From Nitrospirota bacterium (GTDB lineage Bacteria > Nitrospirota > Nitrospiria > Nitrospirales > Nitrospiraceae): a stretch of 64,000 nucleotides of DNA. Below, one piece after another: positions 35,114 through 45,882 of the stretch (position 1 is the stretch's first letter; every line of letters starts with the position of its first letter). The notes below the pieces were generated by a model, which ran no database searches, was not told the DNA's origin, and saw only the letters and a list, made by a program, of their open reading frames with translations. Made by a program: the position numbers and the translations under genes. Location: contig CAVPGK010000016.1 in NCBI GenBank assembly GCA_963703955.1, positions 126,477 to 190,476 on the forward strand, read 5' to 3'.

Positions 35114-35536
35114 TCACATGGGTTCGCCCGCACTCGGAGGTTTCGCTTGCAATGGGGCGTCCAAGCCTTGGGCCAAGGCGATGAGGGTTCGGCTCACAGC
35201 GGCTTGGTCTTTGTGAGCTAAGGAAGGGTAGCGTTGTTGAGCAAGCGCAAAAAATTCGGTTTCATGCTTCGTGGGGACCTTCAGAAGCGCACTCAGTGCA
35301 GCCAAATACTCGCCCTGACCTCTGGCGAGATCCCCCTTCACATTTTCTAGATTCAGCGCCACGAAGACATCCACTTTATGGTCTGCTTTCGGGGGCCCGT
35401 CCTGGGTGTACCAGTCCCCAGGAGTGGTAGAGGAAAGGAAGTTCGAGACGGTGTCTGTGACAGAGCAGCCGAACATAGTCAGACTAAACGCCACGGCAAT
35501 AGTCATGCGGTGCAACGGAGACATCATCTTGTGCAT
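35114..35536 (-). CDS. DUF3015-like lipoprotein
   Basis: Lipobox FGC; NLENVKGDLARGQGEYLAALSALL. Confidence 0.65.
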   Translation of the reverse strand: MHKMMSPLHRMTIAVAFSLTMFGCSVTDTVSNFLSSTTPGDWYTQDGPPKADHKVDVFVALNLENVKGDLARGQGEYLAALSALLKVPTKHETEFFALAQQRYPSLAHKDQAAVSRTLIALAQGLDAPLQAKPPSAGEPM

Positions 35537-36056
35537 ATTCAGCCTCCTTGTCATTTGCGGACTGATTTCGTGCCTCCTCAGTTTCTGGAGGAACCCGATG
35601 AATAGTTTGTGGTGTATCGAAGCGGCAATAATGGCCTGCTCTTAGGATATGCGTCATGGAGCCGCTGGTGCTATAGGACTGGACGGAGATTGGTGTAGGA
35701 GGTGTGGTCAATCTTCACTGGCAGGTAGAAACGCATTCTCTAGACTACGACCCCTGCTGTTTACGCTCTGGGTGCCTGTGCAACAGCCTGCGCAAGGGCC
35801 CTTTTTCATCTGCCCACCTCGAATGGGGACACCCCGCCGGGGCTGCGCTTGAGATGGGACCCTGCGACACGTGGGGAGAACAGAAGGACCACCTGTGCGC
35901 AGCCTTGAACCCTAGACGCACCCCAAAAAGTTCTGGCTCTTGCCGCCTGACTGGCTTGGGGGCAAAGGCTACCTCAAGGGTCAGAGCGTGTCTGCTTATG
36001 GTGTCTGAGGCCAGAAGAAGAAGATGACGCGAGCGCGCTGTGCTGGGGCGCTGGTG

Positions 36057-36209
36057 CTAGGCGGCGGGGAGACGATCTATCGAGGTCTTAGGGGTATTCT
36101 CTTCGTCGTTGATCGGTTCAACATTGCCATACCACTGGTGGTAATCGTGCAACACTATCAGTACAGCCACAATGTCCAAGATCAGCCACGCGATCACGAT
36201 GTTGAACAT
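36057..36209 (-). CDS. Small single-TM protein (50 aa)
   Basis: GAGGAG RBS before ATG; hydrophobic N-terminus. Confidence 0.4.
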   Translation of the reverse strand: MFNIVIAWLILDIVAVLIVLHDYHQWYGNVEPINDEENTPKTSIDRLPAA

Positions 36210-36672
36210 GTTACTCCTCGAGAGGAAAGAGACGTTTGACCTGAGGTTTATTTTAGAGGTAGCAAGCCCCATGCCCTTGTGGGCTCTTACTGAGCAGCGT
36301 GATGTCCCTTCCGAAAATGCGCGTTGCTACTTGGTGATTCTATCGCTCGCCTGAATTACGGCTGAATTGAAGGAGGTGGTGTACTGTGTCCGTTCCGATA
36401 CACAGAATCAGTTTTGAGACAGAACCAGATGGGCACACCCCCAGCGGGGCCTTGCAGGGTCTGCAAGTAGCCCATCAATCCCTCATCACTTTTCTCGGAA
36501 AGATCCATTCACGCGATCAATAGCACGCGGTTGCTTTCAAAATCCTCGCACCTCGTATGGTAGGCCCTTCGCACATCTCGCCATGTTCTACCTCATGATT
36601 TTGCCAAGGAACGACATATTCTGAGTTGATGACCCCGCTCTAACCGGCCCGCATTGTGAATTTGTTGGAAGC

Positions 36673-38439
36673 CTAGGCGATGTTATTGACCGAGGCCTTT
36701 TCGTTGGCGAGCCCCATGCCGAATGCTTCATGTCTACCCTGAAGGGGCTGGACAGTTTCGCGGGCAGCGAGCGGGTTAGCGACATCAGGATTTTCGGCAA
36801 AGCGTTCAAGGTGAAGCAGGTACAGGGCGTGGGAACCCAAGCATCGATACGAAAACAAAGTCTCGCCATACGTTTCGTCGAGCGCGCATTTCAACAATCT
36901 GGGCAAGATGTACGAATAGCGAAGGTAGCGGGACCGGCCGTGAGTCAGCGCATACGATAGGCACTCTCGTCCAAATAGCCGGTAATATCCACTTTGTGGT
37001 ATGTCCTTCGAGGGATTCACCTCATTATCGAACGGAATCCGCGCAGAATGCGGATATGCTTGGCGGATCGTCTCGGTGTGGAAGGTATGACTCAGAAACA
37101 AGTCTGCCGGTAGCGATGCTAAGAAGTCATAGAGATCATCGTCGAGATAGGGGCAGAACACCTGTGCCGCTTTACCAAGCATAAATGGTATCAGCGCAAT
37201 CTCTCGTCGAGTTCGATTCCAAAAGAAGAAGGATCCCACTGGGTTGGGAGCCTCGGCATACTTGCTCACTTCATCGGTTAAGGCATGGACAGCGAGGTCT
37301 CGACTGAATCGCCGATAGTGATCCGGGCGAAGGACCTTTGCGAGCACCTCTTCGTGGTCTAAGTCCGAGTGCATCGGAAAATCATGAAGTAGATCTTCCG
37401 CGAATGCCGAGAACGCGCCTTTCTCAAATAAAGCGAGCCGGGTTTCATTCAGAAAGAGGCCATTGGAGAGCACATCGCCGGCTATCCCGTCATAAATGCT
37501 TTTGAATTTCCCGCGGACATAATCAACGAGGGGCGGTATTTGCCAATTTTCATCCGCGCAAAAATTATTCTCGATATTCCTTCTTAGCTCGGCTTTGAAC
37601 CTTGAGCGTGGCTGATCAAGAATCACGTGTGGCAGCTTTAAGAACTCGCACAGTTGAGTGGCGGCTAAGACATCCCGGTTCATCCAAACGTGAGGGCCTC
37701 GATAGGTCACGCACACCTTCGGGCGAACACCTGCCTCGCACAGCTCGAGTAAGATATGGCGTGAGTCCCGACCGCCACTCACCGGCACAGCAAATTCTGG
37801 GTCGGTGGGAAGGCGACGCCGAATAGCCGTCTTAAAGAGCGTCACATATCGCTCACTCGCCTCGACTCGGTTCAGACGCTCACACCTGGTTGGTATCACT
37901 CTACCCGATACCTGGAGTCGGCCATCCTCCCATTCGAACGTTGTATCAGGGGGCACGGCGCGAATGGCTTGGAACGGGGTGTGGTCTCCGAGAAAGAATC
38001 CTAATCGAAGAAACACGGCGAGCCCGGCCGCGTCTAACTCAGCAGGGGCGCCTTCAGCCAAGAGTGTGGGGATGGAAGGCGAGACGGCAACTGCTCCGTC
38101 TTGGGCCCAATAGTATAAGGGGTAGAAGCCATAGCGATCATTGCGAACCTGCAAGCGATGTCCATCCCACGCCCAGCGACCGAAGGGGCCCTGAGAAGAG
38201 CCGTCGTCGCGTCGTTCGTGGCCGAGTACGCACATCTGAAGTCCGCGTGTCTCAATATGGTCGCCTCGTGTCTTGGCGTAAAAATAGGGCTCGTCTCTAC
38301 CCACAGTCGACACCTTTATTGATTCAATTGGCGAGAAATGTAAAGCCAAACTGTCCCCGGCGCGGCAGCTCTCATTTTTACCATTGCGCAAGTACTTAAT
38401 GTTAGAAGTGATAATAGTCCTTGCGCTATGAGTAATCAA
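36673..38439 (-). CDS. Asparagine synthase-related amidotransferase/amide ligase
   Basis: NDRYGFYPLYY, PVSGGRDSR PP-loop, DGIAGD, PYLD; true start probably ~38300. Confidence 0.8.
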   Translation of the reverse strand: MITHSARTIITSNIKYLRNGKNESCRAGDSLALHFSPIESIKVSTVGRDEPYFYAKTRGDHIETRGLQMCVLGHERRDDGSSQGPFGRWAWDGHRLQVRNDRYGFYPLYYWAQDGAVAVSPSIPTLLAEGAPAELDAAGLAVFLRLGFFLGDHTPFQAIRAVPPDTTFEWEDGRLQVSGRVIPTRCERLNRVEASERYVTLFKTAIRRRLPTDPEFAVPVSGGRDSRHILLELCEAGVRPKVCVTYRGPHVWMNRDVLAATQLCEFLKLPHVILDQPRSRFKAELRRNIENNFCADENWQIPPLVDYVRGKFKSIYDGIAGDVLSNGLFLNETRLALFEKGAFSAFAEDLLHDFPMHSDLDHEEVLAKVLRPDHYRRFSRDLAVHALTDEVSKYAEAPNPVGSFFFWNRTRREIALIPFMLGKAAQVFCPYLDDDLYDFLASLPADLFLSHTFHTETIRQAYPHSARIPFDNEVNPSKDIPQSGYYRLFGRECLSYALTHGRSRYLRYSYILPRLLKCALDETYGETLFSYRCLGSHALYLLHLERFAENPDVANPLAARETVQPLQGRHEAFGMGLANEKASVNNIA

Positions 38440-38818
38440 TGATACTTATGTAGGTATATCAGGAAGGAGAGAAACAACAGCCCCTCGACACGTCCTTGAG
38501 GTAGGCATGGCCGGACCGCCTTTGTCCCTGTGGTGCAAAGTTGATAGGAAGCAAAGCCCATGCACTAAGTACTTGCCGATCAGTGGCAGGTGACTCTTAA
38601 TCCAGGTGTCCGTTATTTCCGACCGCGGGGGATCACAAACGGCGTCTTCATCTCCTTGAAGACCGGGGAGGTGCTTCTCGAGAATGTCGCCGTCGGCGAT
38701 CTCATCCACCTCGCAGTGGAGAACATGGAGTAATCGATAGCCCTGCACCGCAGCAGGAGAAACTACCTTTCAACAGCTTGGCAAGAGACAAAACTGCAGC
38801 CCAAGTGTTGTCAGGTTC

Positions 38819-39883
38819 TTATCTGAAGATATGGTAGGCGTCGCCACGTGCTTTAGACCTGACTTCTGGTGCTAGGCTACGGACAGCCTTCATGAAAGGC
38901 AGAAAGTAGAGCCTTGGAACACTTGAAAAATCTCTTGGATCAACGTTCGGAAGTCCGTAACGTAACGACTCGTGACGGCGCGGAATATATAGCGTACCCA
39001 GCAACGCGTCCCATATCGCCAGCATGTAGCCGTAATTTTTATTCCAGTGCTTCGCATCGATACTATGATGAATTTGATGCTGTGCCGGGCTAATGAAGAT
39101 CCAGCTGAACACTGGCCCATATGATAACCATATATGAGTATGGCGAAGTGCGAATCCGAATGAAAGGAAAGACAGGGTAACGATATTGACGCCAAATAGT
39201 GTGAACAGATTGACATCTTGGTCGGAAAGCAGGGTATACGTCGTGGAAACGAGGGCGCCTACCGCCGCGCTGGTAATTCCAGAGACGACATCCTCAACCG
39301 GGTGCACTCTATAGACCGTGACGGGTGTGAGCACTTCTGCAGAATGATGGATCTGATGAAAATGCCACAAAAATGGAACGTTGTGCATCAAGTAATGAGA
39401 CACAAAGACCATAAGATCACCAAGAAGAATGGCGACAAGGAAGCTGACCATGGTGGCCTCAGGCTGGCTCATAGGGTCTGACAATCTCGGCAGGAAATAC
39501 AGGCAAATCTTATAGACAAGCATGCTCAACCCGGAGACAAACGGCGTGTAGACAATAAGTTTGATTGAGAGGTCCACCGCTGCAAATTTGTAATCAGTCA
39601 TCGCGGAAGGATGGCCGTAGATGTCACGTGGACATATGAAATTCCGAAACGAAGTGTTTCTCGCTACTATCCCGCCATTTTTTCTCGAAATGAAGATGAG
39701 CCATGCGATGAAAGCATTCGACAGAATGTAGAGCCATGCGGTTTTACTATGAAGATCAGTAAAAGCTCGGATCCCGCCGGAGACACCCAACACAAGATTA
39801 TCCCAAGAGCGAAATGGCTCTAATAAGTACTCAAGCACGTCACTAATAAATGTATTCAATGAGGCCGGTATTGGGAGAGCCAT
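38819..39883 (-). CDS. Sterol desaturase/fatty acid hydroxylase family
   Basis: His boxes HYLMH, HQIHH, HQIHH; KNYG..WDALLGT. Confidence 0.88.
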   Translation of the reverse strand: MALPIPASLNTFISDVLEYLLEPFRSWDNLVLGVSGGIRAFTDLHSKTAWLYILSNAFIAWLIFISRKNGGIVARNTSFRNFICPRDIYGHPSAMTDYKFAAVDLSIKLIVYTPFVSGLSMLVYKICLYFLPRLSDPMSQPEATMVSFLVAILLGDLMVFVSHYLMHNVPFLWHFHQIHHSAEVLTPVTVYRVHPVEDVVSGITSAAVGALVSTTYTLLSDQDVNLFTLFGVNIVTLSFLSFGFALRHTHIWLSYGPVFSWIFISPAQHQIHHSIDAKHWNKNYGYMLAIWDALLGTLYIPRRHESLRYGLPNVDPRDFSSVPRLYFLPFMKAVRSLAPEVRSKARGDAYHIFR

Positions 39884-40269
39884 TGGTTGAAGAAGTCAAT
39901 TCATCTCATTGAAGTTTCATGGGTATGATCATGGCGACTTCCACGAAGTTCTTGAGGTGTTGCTAGGACCGGGCACATGCGTCCATGTACAAGTGCATGG
40001 TATAAAGTACTTAGTATGGCCGCAATTGGACTCTGGACCTAAACCGAAAAGAGGAGTATCCCTAGTTCTCGTCTAACGTATTCCCAATCCTGGCCTCCTG
40101 GAACCTGTAAGCTTACAAGAACACACTTCCCAGGCTCTGGACTGATAAATCGGTTCTCTGGGTTAGCTAGCAGGGGTAGGAACTCTGCTTATCAAGGTAT
40201 AGGTACAAGTACTTGACGATTCAAGTAGACCATAGTGCGGTTGCAATTGATCCCTTTCCTTGGAAGTAA

Positions 40270-40948
40270 GGTGCACACAGAGATCACTCCCGAAGATGCA
40301 GAGGCATATCGCGCCCAAGCGGAAGAAGCGGAACGGGCAGCCGGTCAGACTTCAGACGATCAACAATGATCACCCATTCTTAAGCATTGTTTGAACGTTG
40401 CCAGGCGCAGGCGGTTACTGACGGTGAACCCTGCCGCATTGCTACCGATTCCGAGTGCCCAAGAACGAGGGAGATCGAATCCTCACAACTGAGGAATGGA
40501 CGAAGCTATATGAAGCGGCAGCACATCACCTGGGATCGGGTGGACCTACAGCGGGGTATCATCAACCCTACGGGGTGTTGATGCGAAAACCAACAAGCCT
40601 CGTCAGGTTCCCATGACTCCACCGGTCAAGGTAGCCTTGGCCGAACTTTCCAAGGTGAGGGACTTAGCACACAAGTCCGTGTTTGTTCAGCGGAACCCTG
40701 TCAGAGAGGTTAAGACCGCGTTCAAGACGGCTTGCAGGAAGGCAGGGATTGTGAACCTACGCTTTCATGATCTCCGGCACTGTGCGGCCACGAACTTGAG
40801 ACGGGCGGGGGTGGACACTACGACGGCCATGCAGATCATCGGCCACAAGTCCCCTCATATGTGGAAACGCTACAACACTGTCGCTGAGAGTGACTTGATC
40901 GCAGCCGCCACCGTTTCGGAAGAAACCGTCAAGGGTGTAAGTGCCTGA
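40270..40948 (+). pseudogene. Tyrosine integrase remnant
   Basis: QTINN, TWDRVDLQRG, FHDLRHCAAT, IGHKS..KRY across several frames; ends just before the att repeat. Confidence 0.8.
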
Positions 40949-40953
40949 TATAG

Positions 40954-41001
40954 TGGAGCTGGCGAGAGGAATCGAACCTCCAACCGGCGGTTTACAAAAC
41001 C
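40954..41001 (-). repeat. att site: 48-bp duplicate of the tRNA-Thr 3' half
   Basis: TGGAGCTGGCGAGAGGAATCGAACCTCCAACCGGCGGTTTACAAAACC is identical to 53654-53701. Confidence 0.95.
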
Positions 41002-41183
41002 AACCAGTCGCTCCACAGGATTGCATAAATCACGGACTTACCGTAGCATTTTCTCGCAGACATTGGCTGGCGGAGGGTAGAACGAGGGCCGTTTGAGATG
41101 CTCGCGGGCACAGTGACGGGCACAGTCAACAAGCTGCCTGATCGGATAAAGATCGAAAATAATAACATAGCGTATAGCGGTCT

Positions 41184-42191
41184 GTGGGGTATCCACTTGA
41201 CTCAACTAACTACTATGTGTAGTACCCGTGCTCATGGAGGATTATCCTCGCACGCTCGCGGAATTCGAGCGGCGATTTGTCACGGAGACGGAGTGCCAGG
41301 CGTATCTGTCCCGGTTGCGTTGGCCGGAGGGGTTCCAGTGTCCCCATTGTGGGGCGAGCCAGCATTGGGTCACGACGCGAGGGCTCCTGAAGTGCAGGCC
41401 ATGTGGGTACCAGGCCTCGGTGACGGCGGGAACAATGTTTCACCGAAGCCATCTCCCCCTTCGAGCGTGGTTCCGTGCCATGTGGTGGGTGACCAATCAG
41501 AAGCATGGGGTCAGCGCCCTGGGATTGCAACGGTTGCTGGGGTTGGGCAGCTATGAGACCGCGTGGGCCTGCCTTCAAAAACTGAGGCGTGCCATGGTCC
41601 GGCCTGGGCGGGATCGGCTCGGAGGCAATATCGAGGTGGATGAAACCTATGTGGGCGGCGTCGAGTCTGGCGGGGGGCGCAGACATCTTGGGAACAAGGC
41701 ACTGGTGGTGATTGCCGCCCAAGTGGATGGCCAGGGAATCGGACGCATTCGGCTCCAACGGATTCCGGACGCTTCGGAAGGGCGTCTGCTGGCCTTCATC
41801 AGGAGTGTAGTGGAGCCTGGGGCGGTGGTGATCACAGATGGGTGGCCGGGATACGCCGCTCTGACCGAGGCAGGGTTTCAACATACAGTCCATGTCAGGG
41901 GGAAGAAGGCGGAACGGGCTTCGAAGCTGTTGCCCCGGGTGCATCGAGTGGCTTCCCTGCTGAAGCGGTGGCTGTTGGGTACCCATCAGGGGGGCGTGTC
42001 CCGGGAGCAACTGGATGCCTATCTCGACGAGTTCACCTTCCGGTTTAACCGGCGAACTTCCACACACCGGGGCAAGCTCTTTTACCGGCTTGTGCAGCAG
42101 GCGGCCGCCATTGACCCCATCCCCTTCACGAAACTCATGGCACGCCACAGGGACAACATATAGCGGAAGTTGAGTTAAGTGGATAGCCCTC
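41184..42191 (+). mobile_element. IS1595-family insertion sequence
   Basis: TIRs GTGGGGTATCCACTTGACTCAACT / rc GAGGGCTATCCACTTAACTCAACT; 8-bp TSD AGCGGTCT at 41176-41183 and 42192-42199. Confidence 0.93.
41228..42163 (+). CDS. IS1595 transposase
   Basis: Zn ribbon CPHC/CRPC, EVDETYVGG, ITDGWPGY, YLDEFTFRFNRR. Confidence 0.95.
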   Translation: MLMEDYPRTLAEFERRFVTETECQAYLSRLRWPEGFQCPHCGASQHWVTTRGLLKCRPCGYQASVTAGTMFHRSHLPLRAWFRAMWWVTNQKHGVSALGLQRLLGLGSYETAWACLQKLRRAMVRPGRDRLGGNIEVDETYVGGVESGGGRRHLGNKALVVIAAQVDGQGIGRIRLQRIPDASEGRLLAFIRSVVEPGAVVITDGWPGYAALTEAGFQHTVHVRGKKAERASKLLPRVHRVASLLKRWLLGTHQGGVSREQLDAYLDEFTFRFNRRTSTHRGKLFYRLVQQAAAIDPIPFTKLMARHRDNI

Positions 42192-42491
42192 AGCGGTCTA
42201 ATTCTTTACCTTCGGTACGGGCGAACACACTGCTGCCTTCCTATCATGATAGAGGCCATCTGGACTGAGCGAACTGCGGCTCACTCGTAGAAGCATCCGT
42301 AGGACGCGAAAAGTAAGCAATTCTTCTCAATTGCAGCTTCATTAGGCTTAGTGTACTGGGATGGACCCGTATTTCTCTCGTTTCCGGAACGACTGGCTGA
42401 CGGACGTGTTCGTAGCGACCTCGCTCTTCTTGTCGAGGAATTTGACAAACGCTTTCGCGTGCCACAGGCCCACAACAGAAGGAGGAAGCCG

Positions 42492-43001
42492 ATGAGGAAA
42501 GGAAAGGCATTTTGGTTACCGCTCAGCATACTCGCTGTCATTGTTCTCTGCACAAATGTTTCTCATGCGACCCAATACTGGTTTGATGGCCAGATGTGTC
42601 GGTCAGCAGCAGGCAGCGGCTATGCTGCCTCTGATGCTTTCCATATTAAGCAGAATATTTTACAGTTTTCCACGGCCTACTGCCGTACTGGTGGCTTTAC
42701 AACCGATGAGATCGACGTCACCAGCGCGGAGGTCGTGATCACTGATTCCGACACCGCTGGCGACATCAGATGCCAACTTGTCGGGTGGAATTGGGACGGC
42801 AGTCTCCTTGTGAGCGTCTTGAAACACTCGTGCCCTACATACGGCGGATGCGCGGACTTCTACCCTAACTGGATCGGACGAGGCGAGTTAAGGTGGACCG
42901 ATCCTCTGAAGGATGGCAAGCTACTATATCCACAGAGTCTCACGTTCGTTTGTGAAATCTGGGGCACCGCGACGATTCATGGATATAACGTCACGTTTTA
43001 G
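42492..43001 (+). CDS. Secreted Cys-rich hypothetical protein
   Basis: RBS AGGAGG; signal peptide ending SHA; six Cys in the mature part. Confidence 0.65.
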   Translation: MRKGKAFWLPLSILAVIVLCTNVSHATQYWFDGQMCRSAAGSGYAASDAFHIKQNILQFSTAYCRTGGFTTDEIDVTSAEVVITDSDTAGDIRCQLVGWNWDGSLLVSVLKHSCPTYGGCADFYPNWIGRGELRWTDPLKDGKLLYPQSLTFVCEIWGTATIHGYNVTF

Positions 43002-43393
43002 GTTCGTCAACCTCCCAGCGTACCGCAATCACTGGATATCTGGATATATAGAAATCCCCTATAAACTTATCGCTCCTAGAAGCTCATGACGAGACTGTGT
43101 AAGGAGAACCTGCAAAATTGTTCTCGGTGCCAACAGACAAAGCCCCCAGACGATACTGATCACAATTGCGGTTGAGAGAGGCAGCAGGAGAACCGGTAGG
43201 ACGAACGTGAGCGCAAAGCCGAATTTGCTTAGAAACGTGGCGACGGTCCCCAGACCTCACCGGTCGTGTTCCTATTTTCTGATTCTTGGGAAATGTGCAA
43301 CTGCCGCAGCGACGCATTGGTTATCAATCACACCATGAAATCCTCATGGAACCCGCTCACCTGATATGAGCTATCGAAGTGTGGAGTGGACTC

Positions 43394-43756
43394 TTACGTA
43401 ATCGGCTTAAACGGCGCCATCGTCCGGATATAGGAGAGGACATCATGTGTGTCCTGCTCGCTTAACAGATCACGATAGCCGTGCATCGGGGTGAACATCA
43501 CGCCGTGAGCGATGATGACAAACAGTTCCCAATCGCTCTTAATGCGTGAACTCAGTGAGAGCAAATTCGCTGGTGGGGCACTCTGGAGACCGGCATCGGG
43601 TCCTTTCCCATCCAGCTTATCCCCGTGACAACGCAGACACAGGAGCTCATAAATCACCTGCCCGCGTTTTTGGTCGCCGCTCGAATTCGCCGCGACGACC
43701 CAGGAACCACCGAAAACGATGAGCAGAGCCGTTGTCACCGCAACATGAAATTTCAT
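43394..43756 (-). CDS. Monoheme c-type cytochrome
   Basis: Signal peptide, CLRCH, GxGP..PPANL, TPM axial Met. Confidence 0.88.
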   Translation of the reverse strand: MKFHVAVTTALLIVFGGSWVVAANSSGDQKRGQVIYELLCLRCHGDKLDGKGPDAGLQSAPPANLLSLSSRIKSDWELFVIIAHGVMFTPMHGYRDLLSEQDTHDVLSYIRTMAPFKPIT

Positions 43757-44185
43757 GTGTCATCTCCTATTGAAGGCATCGGCGATGGCAATGGTAAGAA
43801 TGCCGCCGATGACGACAGACCGTGAATGCGTTAAACGGCCTAATAAATCTTGTCTGTATGAGAAGGGCTAGGATTTAGCCTCGTACTCTTCTTACGGGTG
43901 CCATTCTTCCATCCGGTGGTTAACCATTCCATTTGTTGTAGCGTGACCCAGCGATCGTTCCCATTTAAAGATGAATCAAACGGAATTATTTTATTAAAAT
44001 TCACAAAATGATGAACGGAAATTCTTAGGGTGTCAACCCGATCACGTTCACCTCTCCATATCCGTTCGGGAATGACAGGTCCTCTTTACACCTGTCTTGA
44101 AGCAGTGCCGGCTCACGGTAGGAGAGAACTTAAACGAAGATGCAGGAAGCCCCCGGATAACCAGAGGCTTCCCATTTGAAGCAAC

Positions 44186-44510
44186 TCAGCGCTTCAGGAC
44201 ATGAGCGGCCATCCACTCCTTCGCTTCGTGCCCAACGATGAGCAAAGCGTCCAGGTCATTGAGACCGAATGAGGTGCCATTGCGCCATTCCCTGGACTTA
44301 TCCTTAAACGGCCGAGTGAAGCTCGTTGAGAAGAACGAACCCTTCTCGCCGACATTCTGCCAGATTGTCGCTTTGATATTGCCATATCGCAGCACATGGT
44401 CGCCATAGGCATTGTGAAGATATTGCGCCACCATCCGCTGCGTATTGAAAAACGCCACCGTTCAGGGAAATCGTGTGGCGCATGATCTCGTGATGTCCTA
44501 GGCCCACCGC
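44186..44510 (-). pseudogene. Chimeric remnant: alpha-glucan phosphorylase C-terminus fused to a small phage-type protein
   Basis: IMRHTISLNG/AFFNTQRMVAQY..NAY joined to YGNIKATIWQN..RPFKD..WRNGTSFGLNDL. Confidence 0.55.
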
Positions 44511-44613
44511 AGGTTGGATTCCGCCGCACGCACCTGCCCCTCGTGCCGCCGTGCGCCACTCAACACCGACAAACCATGATCAACATGCGATGAACAATGC
44601 CAAAGAATTCAAC

Positions 44614-45882
44614 TCACGACCACAGCAGCGCAAAGCCGAATCCGAGGGCCGCCAACAATCCCAACGCCCCCACGACAGGAAGACTCGCCCGCCATCCCGC
44701 AAGCGCGATTGTATAGATGGCTTTGAGGAGGTTGTTTGATGAAGCAGCAATCAGTACGGCAACCATCACAGTATGAAGAGGAAGCCCCGCGACGCTCCCC
44801 TGTGCCAAGCTCAGAACAAAGGGGTCAATATCAGTCAAGCCCACAAGGCTGGCAAGCCAATATAACCCGGTGTGGCCAAATCGTCCTTTGATCCAGGATG
44901 AGGCGAGAGAGATCACAACAAACATCGTGGCGAACAGCAAGGCAGCCCGTAACTCTAACGGATTTAAGGGAGGTGCCCCTCGCTGCTGAGCCGTTGCCGG
45001 TATGGCATGCCAGAACCACAAGCCTGCCAGTGCCAGACCAACAACAAACAACATAAGCAGGCTCGCCACTAACCCTCTTGCGAGGGACAGGTTGAACACC
45101 GCAAAGAGAATGATCAATCGCAGATACATGAGCGCGGTGGCGAGGATCACGCCGGCCTGCAATTCACCTTGAGCTTCCGGGTCGTCTCGCATTCGGCGAG
45201 CTAAGGTCACCGTGGTGGCCGTGGACGAATAGAGGCCGCCCAAGACGGCAGTGAGCAGCACTCCCCGTGCTGGCGAAATAAGCCGCTGGACGAGGTAACT
45301 GCCATAGGAGAGGGTAGACACCACGACCACCGCTAACCAAACTTGATAGGGGGTGATCGTAGTGAGGCTCGTCACCGGTTGATCTGGGAGAATGGGCAGG
45401 ATGACCCCAATGAGGATGAGGAATTTGCCCAAGGTGGTAATCTCATGAGCCGGGATTGTGCGAGCAAGCTTATGAAGGGGATCTCGTGCATGGAGAAGCA
45501 GCACCGCGCTGACCGTAATTCCCACAGCGAGCCAGTGAGCTTCCAAGAGGACTATCGGACCAAGCAGATAGGCGAGAACATTGCTGATCAGAGCGACGAG
45601 TCCTTCCTTTGTACCGTCCGGAGAGGGGGGTTCACCTAAAGAGGAGCGATAGTAGGCGAAGAGCCACGCTCCCAGCGCGAGCAGACCCGCACTAAACACG
45701 ATCGCATGCGCGGGGTCAAGGAGATACAGCATCGCTCCCGTGAGTGCCAGAAGCGGAAACGTCCGTACGCCGCCTGGAATCCTCTCAGTGGCGGGGCCAA
45801 AGTATTCCTCAAAGGCGAGTCCAAAGAAGAATGAGAGCGCGAGAAGCAGGGCAAAGTTTTCGGGCGAGGGGTGTGCGCTCAT
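44614..45882 (-). CDS. MgtC/SapB + DUF4010 membrane protein
   Basis: GGVRTFPLLAL, LGGLYSSTATT, NPLEL, GLTDID. Confidence 0.85.
   Translation of the reverse strand: MSAHPSPENFALLLALSFFFGLAFEEYFGPATERIPGGVRTFPLLALTGAMLYLLDPAHAIVFSAGLLALGAWLFAYYRSSLGEPPSPDGTKEGLVALISNVLAYLLGPIVLLEAHWLAVGITVSAVLLLHARDPLHKLARTIPAHEITTLGKFLILIGVILPILPDQPVTSLTTITPYQVWLAVVVVSTLSYGSYLVQRLISPARGVLLTAVLGGLYSSTATTVTLARRMRDDPEAQGELQAGVILATALMYLRLIILFAVFNLSLARGLVASLLMLFVVGLALAGLWFWHAIPATAQQRGAPPLNPLELRAALLFATMFVVISLASSWIKGRFGHTGLYWLASLVGLTDIDPFVLSLAQGSVAGLPLHTVMVAVLIAASSNNLLKAIYTIALAGWRASLPVVGALGLLAALGFGFALLWS

Noticed and set aside
38575..38733. Plus-strand fragment ending NGVFISLKTGEVLLENVAVGDLIHLAVENME
   Set aside because: Looks like a gene tail, but has no clear start with an RBS and I cannot assign a family.
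36057..38748. Lasso peptide cluster (asparagine-synthase-like cyclase plus small ORFs)
   Set aside because: No B1/PqqD or B2 protease; the 50-aa ORF is a TM peptide without a lasso leader/core pattern.
40954..41001. Second tRNA-Thr gene
   Set aside because: Only the 3' half is present; it is an att repeat.
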